A DNA stretch of 64,000 bases from the IMG/VR virus record IMGVR_UViG_3300000176_000001. One strand, written 5' to 3'. The translations under genes were made by a program, and so were the position numbers. Source of the stretch: a virus. The notes beneath the pieces are model-generated. The model was not told where the DNA came from. It did not search any database and saw nothing but the letters and a program-made list of their open reading frames with translations. Positions 1 through 6,111 of the stretch are shown here, piece by piece. Positions within the stretch are counted from its first letter, which is position 1. Every line of letters begins with the position of its first letter.

Positions 1-13
1 GAGCTAAGGGTCC
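1..13 (-). tRNA. 5' end of a tRNA truncated by the window edge (identity unknown)
   Basis: Minus strand reads GGACCCT-TA-GCTC, i.e. acceptor 5' strand, U8A9 and D-stem, the same pattern as the neighbouring tRNAs. Confidence 0.5.
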
Positions 14-23
14 ATATAAATCA

Positions 24-124
24 ATGGCTTGTGACATTAGGGCTCTTACCTCTGCGCTTTCGCTAAAACACCCCGCCATCGCCTAAGGGGTGTGCAGTTT
101 CTCCTACAAGACGTTACGTACCAT
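24..124 (-). ncRNA. candidate structured RNA between tRNAs
   Basis: Nested complementary segments ATGG/CCAT, CTTGT/ACAAG, CTGC/GCAG, ACACCCC/GGGGTGT and a GC-GAAA-GC tetraloop; no ORF. Confidence 0.35.
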
Positions 125-142
125 CTTGCTTCGTTTATTATT

Positions 143-218
143 TGGTGAACGCTGTGGGGTTCGAACCCACGACCTCTGGTTTAAAAGACCTTTACTCTAC
201 CTACTGAGCTAAGCGTTC
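143..218 (-). tRNA. tRNA-Lys(UUU)
   Basis: 76 nt; acceptor GAACGCT/AGCGTTC, anticodon loop CT-TTT-AA, T-arm GTGGG-TTCGAAC-CCCAC, encoded CCA. Confidence 0.9.
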
Positions 219-224
219 GTCTGC

Positions 225-309
225 TTCTAAAAGGATACACCGGACCGGTGTCACTCTCGATTACACAACACTCTTGGACACGTGCTGCAACCGATGCATC
301 CATTTAGAA
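225..309 (-). ncRNA. candidate ncRNA closed by a ~19-bp stem (family A, copy 1)
   Basis: TTCTAAATGGATGCATCGG pairs with CCGGTGTATCCTTTTAGAA (one U-U mismatch, two G-U pairs); the stem core is shared with 1073-1213. Confidence 0.45.
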
Positions 310-340
310 ACAAAAACAGGGGGGCCGCTAAGCCCCCCTG
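308..340 (-). terminator. intrinsic terminator after the HTH gene
   Basis: CAGGGGGGC/GCCCCCCTG 9-bp stem followed by TTTTTGTTT on the minus strand. Confidence 0.8.
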
Positions 341-365
341 TACATCCGAGGTAGAGCTTAACGTA

Positions 366-560
366 TTAGACTGCGATTGAATACTTGAATGAAGTACCAG
401 AAGAAGTCTTTTGTTTATTCAAAGAAACATCGTATCCCCAGTTGCGGATCTTGTAGATCACGTCTGCTGGATTAGCTGCCTTATAACGGGTCGAGATCTG
501 CTTTGTTGAGAGTTGCTGACCATTTAAGAGGGCATTAAGTACACGTTCTGCTTTAGACAT
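366..560 (-). CDS. small helix-turn-helix DNA-binding protein (64 aa, MSKAERVL...)
   Basis: ATG at 560 with a GGAG Shine-Dalgarno and an upstream promoter; winged-HTH-like pattern LSTKQIS..YKAANPADVIYKIR..GYDV. The ORF-track extension to 668 runs into the tRNA-Tyr gene. Confidence 0.65.
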   Translation of the reverse strand: MSKAERVLNALLNGQQLSTKQISTRYKAANPADVIYKIRNWGYDVSLNKQKTSSGTSFKYSIAV

Positions 561-601
561 TTCACTTTCTCCATAATAAAGGCACCATGCCTTACTTTTA
601 T

Positions 602-630
602 AATATAGCATGTACGTCGATATATGTACA
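602..630 (-). promoter_or_regulatory. early (host sigma70-type) promoter TGTACA-N17-TATATT
   Basis: Motif recurs six times in intergenic positions, each pointing into a minus-strand gene or RNA cluster. Confidence 0.7.
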
Positions 631-641
631 CAACTATTTTT

Positions 642-729
642 TGGTGGGGCGGGTTGGATTCGAACCAACTCCGTTTCTATGTGCCGGATTTACAGTCCGG
701 TGCCCATCCGCCATCTGAGCAGCCACCCC
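642..729 (-). tRNA. tRNA-Tyr(GUA)
   Basis: 88 nt; CCGGA-CT-GTA-AA-TCCGG anticodon arm, long variable region, GTTGG-TTCGAAT-CCAAC T-arm, ACCA end. Confidence 0.9.
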
Positions 730-738
730 AAAAATTCA

Positions 739-895
739 TTGCTGGTTACTCCTTCCAGCGTCGATCCGCGTGCCGACAGGTTTAGGACAAAGGGTAACGT
801 CCGTATAAGAGGAACCCCAGTCGCCCTCAGACTATATCCTTCCCCAAGCTATACGGACAACTGGGAAGGTGATATACAGGCTTCCACACCTGCAA
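739..895 (-). ncRNA. candidate pseudoknotted ncRNA (~155 nt)
   Basis: Hairpin 833-876 whose loop (850-858) is perfectly complementary to 799-807; further stems 741-745/755-759, 760-763/774-777, 777-781/888-892; lies between two tRNAs. Confidence 0.55.
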
Positions 896-900
896 TTCTT

Positions 901-974
901 TGGTACTGCCTAGTGGTATCGAACCACTGTCTCCGGAGCCACAATCCAGTACTCTACCATTGAGCTAAGGCAGC
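901..974 (-). tRNA. tRNA-His(GUG), alphaproteobacterial type (no G-1, A73)
   Basis: GCTGCCT/AGGCAGT acceptor, CTGGA-TT-GTG-GC-TCCGG anticodon arm, A-CCA end; the base at -1 is T. Confidence 0.9.
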
Positions 975-983
975 AAAATAGTT

Positions 984-1069
984 TGGCATTTGTTTTGTTA
1001 GACCGGCATGAAGCCCGTCTGCTCCCCTACCATCTCCGTAGGTGCTTCACCAGCAGTGCCATACTGCCA
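984..1069 (-). ncRNA. candidate multi-hairpin small RNA ending in CCA
   Basis: TGGCA...TGCCA closing stem with three internal hairpins and an A-rich linker. Confidence 0.3.
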
Positions 1070-1072
1070 CAA

Positions 1073-1213
1073 TTGTCTCTTCAAGGATACACCAGCTGTC
1101 TAACCTACACCGCACCTGCGACATTCGAAATAGCAGTATTTCCTTGGTGGGCCTACCTCTGTGCTTAGAATTGCGCGCACACTTCGGGCTCTGGTGTATC
1201 CATGAAGAGATAA
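1073..1213 (-). ncRNA. candidate ncRNA closed by a ~23-bp stem (family A, copy 2)
   Basis: TTATCTCTTCATGGATACACCAG pairs with CTGGTGTATCCTTGAAGAGACAA; the interior contains a TTCGAAT T-loop-like motif. Confidence 0.5.
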
Positions 1214-1305
1214 CTCTCTTCTGCCCTGCTGGAAACCACCTGCGTTTTTCGCCAGTACCAGCCAGGGGCTCCTCTTATACTCAGGGAGGAGCTGCCTGAA
1301 TTCTT

Positions 1306-1334
1306 AATATAAACCACTATCGAGGTTATGTACA
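1306..1334 (-). promoter_or_regulatory. early promoter driving the tRNA/ncRNA cluster
   Basis: TGTACA-N17-TATATT. Confidence 0.7.
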
Positions 1335-1337
1335 CAT

Positions 1338-1371
1338 AAAAAATAAGGGCAGGAATCTTTTTTCCTGCCCT
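1338..1371 (-). terminator. intrinsic terminator
   Basis: AGGGCAGGAA/TTCCTGCCCT 10-bp stem followed by TATTTTTT. Confidence 0.8.
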
Positions 1372-1398
1372 AGTCAAACCCAACAATGTGAGATGTGA

Positions 1399-1506
1399 CT
1401 AGGCGGTACTACCCCATGAGCGTGCGTATTCGGTATTTCCGAATGTGCAGACTGTAATGAGTTTCGGTTGGTGTACCATGTGTAGTTCCTGAGTATAGTG
1501 TTTCAT
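1399..1506 (-). CDS. putative 35-aa peptide MKHYTQELHMVHQPKLITVCTFGNTEYARSWGSTA
   Basis: Hand-translated ORF below the track cutoff; fills the space between a TATAAATA late promoter and a terminator. Confidence 0.4.
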   Translation of the reverse strand: MKHYTQELHMVHQPKLITVCTFGNTEYARSWGSTA

Positions 1507-1511
1507 AGTTT

Positions 1512-1519
1512 TATTTATA
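1512..1519 (-). promoter_or_regulatory. T4-type late promoter TATAAATA
   Basis: Exact gp55 consensus; gp55 is encoded in the window. Confidence 0.7.
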
Positions 1520-1524
1520 TAACT

Positions 1525-1713
1525 TTAACCTAAAATATCGACAATACGGCCATTTTTATCTACGGCACGCACACGAAATTCAGGTAAGTTACGCTTCAGA
1601 GACTGCATCTCTGACAGGATCCGCTGGGAGTTATTCTGGGTGGTGTGATACGTACGCCATACCCCAGACTTGTCCTGGGCTTGGATATCAACTTGGTCCA
1701 TGGTCATCTCCAT
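1525..1713 (-). CDS. hypothetical protein
   Basis: 62-aa ORF downstream of an early promoter. Confidence 0.7.
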   Translation of the reverse strand: MEMTMDQVDIQAQDKSGVWRTYHTTQNNSQRILSEMQSLKRNLPEFRVRAVDKNGRIVDILG

Positions 1714-1726
1714 TGCTTATATTCTT

Positions 1727-1755
1727 AATATAGCATGGTTCTGACATTATGTACA
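1727..1755 (-). promoter_or_regulatory. early promoter
   Basis: TGTACA-N17-TATATT. Confidence 0.7.
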
Positions 1756-1764
1756 CAACTATTT

Positions 1765-1986
1765 TCACAAATTATGGCGGATCCGGTTCTTGAACATATC
1801 CCTGACAGTGTCCTTTATGACAGCCTCCAGTAGATCTCGGACTTCCTTTTTGGAAGGATTATATCTTTCTTCTCTTATCTTAAGAACTTCCCGGTAGTTG
1901 GAGTATTTGTCCTCCTCGTACATGTCATCCCTGGCATCAATCATCTGTTCAAGAGACTTAATCAGTTTATCAAGATTGTCCATCAT
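1765..1986 (-). CDS. hypothetical protein
   Basis: 73-aa helical ORF overlapping the upstream gene. Confidence 0.7.
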   Translation of the reverse strand: MMDNLDKLIKSLEQMIDARDDMYEEDKYSNYREVLKIREERYNPSKKEVRDLLEAVIKDTVRDMFKNRIRHNL

Positions 1987-2302
1987 CCATAGCCCTCACG
2001 TCGTCTACTATAACATACTTAATATTCTTATCCAGCTTGTGGGTATAGGCATCCATGAGTAGTCTAATATCGTAGAGCTTCTTGGCTACCTTGCGTATCG
2101 TGTTTCTGCAGGCCTCGTCATTGTGACCCTCTTCCAGATCGACGAGTGCTGCCTCAAGATTTTGGTCAACAGAGTAGTCGACAAGATACTTGATGCCGTC
2201 CATCTCTCCCTCCTCCATAGGAGGATATAGCAGGTCTTTAATCTGCTGGAGTTGTATCTCGGCCTCGGTCTTTGGTTTCTTTTGGAAGAATTTAAACATC
2301 AT
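1970..2302 (-). CDS. hypothetical protein
   Basis: 110-aa ORF directly downstream of regA. Confidence 0.7.
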   Translation of the reverse strand: MMFKFFQKKPKTEAEIQLQQIKDLLYPPMEEGEMDGIKYLVDYSVDQNLEAALVDLEEGHNDEACRNTIRKVAKKLYDIRLLMDAYTHKLDKNIKYVIVDDVRAMDDGQS

Positions 2303-2316
2303 ATAGAAGTCCTAGC

Positions 2317-2715
2317 TTAGGTCTTCTTACGACCTATGTTATACTTGGTTACTAATTCCCACTCATTCTTCTCTTTGTAAGGAAGAATCTTGATCTGACT
2401 TAATGAGGTCTTAGGCTCACTGCACTTTTTAGGCTCTACGATCATTATCAGTTCCCACTCGGCGAGCAGCTGAACGATCGTGTTTCGCCTGCCGAGATCC
2501 TCGTCACTTATGTTTGTTGGCTTACCGTCAAGAGCAAACAGCTCCTTGAAGTGTACGATATAGTACTTGCCTTGCTTGTGTAGGATATGGCAGGATTGAT
2601 AGAGCTTTTTCTCTTTACGCGAGGCTACGCCAATACGAGTTAGAGTCTCTTTGATCTTTAGGAAGTCTTCCTCTTCACCAATTCTCACTTCCACTAATGA
2701 TTCTAATATCGACAT
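2317..2715 (-). CDS. regA: translational repressor RegA
   Basis: DFLKIKETLTRIGVAS..EKKLYQSCHILHKQGKYYIVHFKELFALDG signature; follows gp62 as in T4. Confidence 0.97.
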   Translation of the reverse strand: MSILESLVEVRIGEEEDFLKIKETLTRIGVASRKEKKLYQSCHILHKQGKYYIVHFKELFALDGKPTNISDEDLGRRNTIVQLLAEWELIMIVEPKKCSEPKTSLSQIKILPYKEKNEWELVTKYNIGRKKT

Positions 2716-2754
2716 AGCAACCTCATTATTATTGTTATTATGTCGATATTTATT
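2705..2754 (-). promoter_or_regulatory. 12-bp hairpin occluding the regA start codon, overlapping a late-promoter-like AATAAATA box
   Basis: AATATCGACATA (2705-2716) is the exact reverse complement of 2739-2750; the AATAAATA box is at 2747-2754. Confidence 0.6.
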
Positions 2755-2757
2755 CTT

Positions 2758-3132
2758 TCAGAATTCTTTAGCTACTTTAAGCTCCCTTTTTATAGCTTTT
2801 AGCTGGTCTTTAGACAAGATCGTTAACGCTGTCTTGGCCTTCTCCCTATTGTAGCTAAAGAACTCCTGAACAGCCAGAGTGTCTTCATCCTTATCCTTCT
2901 TAGCCCACTTTGTAAACCTCTTGCCCTTGCGGACTGCACCCATGAGATAGTCATGCTGCATCTTGTTGTCTAGGTGTGCTTTAGTGTTCATCTCCTGAGC
3001 GTGAAGGATAGTGTCAGGAAAGTACGAGAAGGCCTTATTAACGATCCACGCGTTATAGTCCTTCTCGTTAGTCTCATTGATTAACCCCTTCTTATTAGAG
3101 TTAATGTCACCTACGATATCGAATGGGTTCAT
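2758..3132 (-). CDS. 62: clamp loader small subunit gp62
   Basis: YNAWIVNKAFSYFPDTILHAQEMN...KRFTKW motif; synteny 45-44-62-regA. Confidence 0.93.
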   Translation of the reverse strand: MNPFDIVGDINSNKKGLINETNEKDYNAWIVNKAFSYFPDTILHAQEMNTKAHLDNKMQHDYLMGAVRKGKRFTKWAKKDKDEDTLAVQEFFSYNREKAKTALTILSKDQLKAIKRELKVAKEF

Positions 3133-4070
3133 TTGTTGAACTCACAGTCGATCATGATCTCAGTCAGACAAGCCATAAGGTTAATCTCAGGATCTGCTGC
3201 GAATGCAGCCTGATACTGATACTTACCAAGAATCACGACTGCGATTGCCATGCCGCGTGCTGTCAAGAAGTTAGCAGCAGTGTCATAGATCTTGCGGAAG
3301 ATAGCTCCCTGATCATTGTCGATATTCTCACCAACCCACTTGCGTATGGCAGTAAAGTTCTTGTCAGACAATAGTGTGATAAGCTCATCAAGTGATAGCT
3401 GACCAAAGTTATTTAGAAGCCCTGAGTCGATAGAACCAGTAGCCGAGTAGCGTTGTAGTTCATTAAGTACGCGACGCCAGTCAGGGAAGTGCTTCTTGAT
3501 TACCTCTGCCACAACTGCCTGATCGAATGTCACGCTCTCAGTCGTGAGTATGTTCTCTACACGCTTGAAGAACTGACCAGCTAACTTAGCCATGTCAGAC
3601 TTACTGATCTTAAAGTCTACAACGGAACACCGAGAGTGAAGCGGTTCAATGATCCTGTTTTTGAAATTACACGTGAGGATAAAGCCACAGTTCCTTGAAA
3701 ACTCTTCCATGAAGTTACGTAGAGCAGGCTGAGTCGAGTTTGCGTTGAGATAGTCAGCTTCGTCGAGGATGACATACTTTCTGCCTCCGCTAAGTGATAC
3801 AGAGGACGCGAAGTTAAGGATGTCATTTCTGAGTGTGTCAATGTTGCCATTCATACTCCCATTGATGATGATGTAGTCGCAGCCTAGTTGCTCGAGCATA
3901 GCCCGAGCAACCGTTGTCTTGCCGACGCCGGCACTACCAGCAAGAATGAGGTTAGGGATATTACCCTGATCCACAAACTGCTGGAAAGTTGCCTTTAGTC
4001 CTGCTGGAAGAATAGTGTCAGCGATGGTCTTAGGACGATACTTCTCTGTCCATAGAAAATCTTCTCTCAT
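3129..4070 (-). CDS. 44: clamp loader ATPase subunit gp44
   Basis: LWTEKYRP, Walker A GSAGVGKT, ILDEAD, SRC motif. Confidence 0.97.
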   Translation of the reverse strand: MREDFLWTEKYRPKTIADTILPAGLKATFQQFVDQGNIPNLILAGSAGVGKTTVARAMLEQLGCDYIIINGSMNGNIDTLRNDILNFASSVSLSGGRKYVILDEADYLNANSTQPALRNFMEEFSRNCGFILTCNFKNRIIEPLHSRCSVVDFKISKSDMAKLAGQFFKRVENILTTESVTFDQAVVAEVIKKHFPDWRRVLNELQRYSATGSIDSGLLNNFGQLSLDELITLLSDKNFTAIRKWVGENIDNDQGAIFRKIYDTAANFLTARGMAIAVVILGKYQYQAAFAADPEINLMACLTEIMIDCEFNK

Positions 4071-4081
4071 CTAAAGTCCAA

Positions 4082-4768
4082 TCAGTTGAATGTTGATACT
4101 GCCTCAGTAGCAATCCAGTACTCTAGCTCTGGTGACTTAAAGTGTGCAAAGCCACGAGTAGAGAGATCTACCTCATAGTAGCCATTAGTAATGTTCTTAG
4201 AGAGAACGCCAAAGTTCTCTGGCTTGAACACTGCGTTGAAGGTACGATCTGTCTGACCTAGTGTGACGGTATATGTGTCACCCGATGGATTAGACACGTC
4301 GATTGCCTTCATAGTTAGATTAGCACCGTCACCACTGATAGCAATCTCGGAGAGATTTAAGATACCAAGCGCACGCTCGATGTCTTTAATGCTATCGATA
4401 GTCAAGCTAAACTTAACTTCACCCTCAGGGAAGTTAGGCTCTTTAGTTGAAGGCATAGGAATCGTAGACTCCTCTGCTATGGTGTAGTTTACGTTCTTAG
4501 TGTTAGACCCATCAGTGATAGTGACAAAGCGATCTGTCACAGTGATAGTTGGCTCATTGAATAGTGACATAGTATTAAGGAAACGACTCAAGCTATAGAC
4601 AGCAAACCTCTTTGTGAAGTTAACTGGCACAGTAGCGCGAGCAAAGATGTTCTTGAGTGGAGACACCGTAGTGATGGTGTCTCCCTCTTTGAACAACATG
4701 GACGGGTTGATCTGCGAGAAACTCTTTAGAACATTAACCGTCTTAGTATCAAACTTCACGTTATTCAT
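4082..4768 (-). CDS. 45: sliding clamp gp45
   Basis: LKSFSQINPS N-terminus, LEYWIATE C-terminus, size and synteny. Confidence 0.93.
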   Translation of the reverse strand: MNNVKFDTKTVNVLKSFSQINPSMLFKEGDTITTVSPLKNIFARATVPVNFTKRFAVYSLSRFLNTMSLFNEPTITVTDRFVTITDGSNTKNVNYTIAEESTIPMPSTKEPNFPEGEVKFSLTIDSIKDIERALGILNLSEIAISGDGANLTMKAIDVSNPSGDTYTVTLGQTDRTFNAVFKPENFGVLSKNITNGYYEVDLSTRGFAHFKSPELEYWIATEAVSTFN

Positions 4769-4783
4769 AATATAGTATACTCC

Positions 4784-5635
4784 TTACTTCTTTTTCTTTT
4801 TCAGTGCTTCAGGGTCAGCAGTAGCGGACGCACCGATCTGTGCAAGATCTGCGAGTGATCCACCAAAAATGTATGAGCCGACATGTTGTAGTTTCATCCA
4901 TGGACAGAACCAAGTAGAGAGTCCAATATCTTGAACCTTCTGACAGAACCAATAGTCTTCAGAGAGATAGCGCTTCGACTTAGGATCGATCTCAGCCTGG
5001 AAGAACTGCATGATCTCACGAGAGCCGTCAAACGCCTCAGTGCGAACATGGTCAGGACGATAGCTATACTGAGGATATGCCTCAACAAACTTTTTGCAAG
5101 CATCCTTAGTGATCATCATAAAACCAGTACCAATCTCAAGAACCTCACAAGGCTCACCGATAGCGATCGATCCAGTGTTTTGCTTAGGATTAAACACGTA
5201 GTCGCCTACATAGCGATCGAGTTGTCCTGGATCCTCATCAGCAAGTCCCTTATCGACTGCGAGCTTGATCTTCTCCCAGCTGATGCACTTCTTAGGGTAA
5301 GGTCCACCGATGATGTTATACTTCTCTGGCTCTTGAGCTTGAAGTGCCATAAGAGCGATAACATCGTGTGGATTAAATCCGATGTCAGAGTCGATGAACA
5401 TAAGGTGCTCTGCCTCAGAGCGCATGAACTCATCGACGCAGTAGTTACGCGCGCGAGTGATCAACGACTCATTAAAGAGGAAGTAGAGCTGAAGTGGGAT
5501 ACCATAGTTGGTGCAGAGTGCAGAGAGGTCGGCGATCGACTTCGTGAACATGCCAGCACACTGGCCACCATACATAGGTGTTGCGAGGAATAGCTTGCGC
5601 TTACGAAGATCCTCGATCGGAATATTAATTTCCAT
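4784..5635 (-). CDS. GT-A-fold glycosyltransferase-like protein
   Basis: LFLATPMYGG, ESLITRARN, DxD motif (MFIDSD), GTGFM and YLSEDYWFC motifs. Confidence 0.7.
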   Translation of the reverse strand: MEINIPIEDLRKRKLFLATPMYGGQCAGMFTKSIADLSALCTNYGIPLQLYFLFNESLITRARNYCVDEFMRSEAEHLMFIDSDIGFNPHDVIALMALQAQEPEKYNIIGGPYPKKCISWEKIKLAVDKGLADEDPGQLDRYVGDYVFNPKQNTGSIAIGEPCEVLEIGTGFMMITKDACKKFVEAYPQYSYRPDHVRTEAFDGSREIMQFFQAEIDPKSKRYLSEDYWFCQKVQDIGLSTWFCPWMKLQHVGSYIFGGSLADLAQIGASATADPEALKKKKK

Positions 5636-6111
5636 TATTTAGTCTCCTTGTCATGTACATGCAATTGCATAATAGCATAGTGAATCACTTTCATTAGATC
5701 TTTTCTCCAGTCGGCTGGAGAACCCTTCTTACCATAACGTTGGGCATACTTCATGACGTTGCCCATACAGAAGCCTGTACCGTGGCCAGAATCAATAATA
5801 AACTCTGTGGCTTGAAACTTGTTCTGCGAGTAATGCTCGCCGTATGTATTATTAATATACTCTAAAATCTCAGTTATGTACACACTTTCGTTGTACTTAT
5901 ATTGAATAGTTTTAGATATATCTACCTTTGTTATATTAAAAGCCATGTTGATATCTGTCTCAACAAATCTGCCTGTAGGATCAGTAGTACCTGTATAATA
6001 CATGTTACCACCTGTAGATCCAAACATTGGCGTGCCAAGCATATTAATATCATCAGCTGTTAGTGCGCCTATAGCACCATCTTTAAAATAATCCATATCA
6101 TTCTCCATCAT
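5635..6111 (-). CDS. DUF3310 / T7 gp1.7-like putative nucleotide kinase domain protein
   Basis: HY...GFCMGNVMKYAQRYGKK...DLMKVIHYA pattern. Confidence 0.65.
   Translation of the reverse strand: MMENDMDYFKDGAIGALTADDINMLGTPMFGSTGGNMYYTGTTDPTGRFVETDINMAFNITKVDISKTIQYKYNESVYITEILEYINNTYGEHYSQNKFQATEFIIDSGHGTGFCMGNVMKYAQRYGKKGSPADWRKDLMKVIHYAIMQLHVHDKETK

Noticed and set aside
739-1300. tmRNA or RNase P RNA
   Set aside because: I could not find an Ala-type acceptor with a T-arm and tag reading frame, or the RNase P P4 consensus; left as unassigned ncRNAs.
610-1386. ORFs 610..963, 983..1168, 1042..1299 (+) and 1165..1386 (-)
   Set aside because: They overlap tRNAs, structured RNAs, a promoter or a terminator, and have no protein-like features.
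4931-5593. 220-aa plus-strand ORF
   Set aside because: Antisense shadow of the GT-like gene, favoured by locally GC-rich codons; no motifs.
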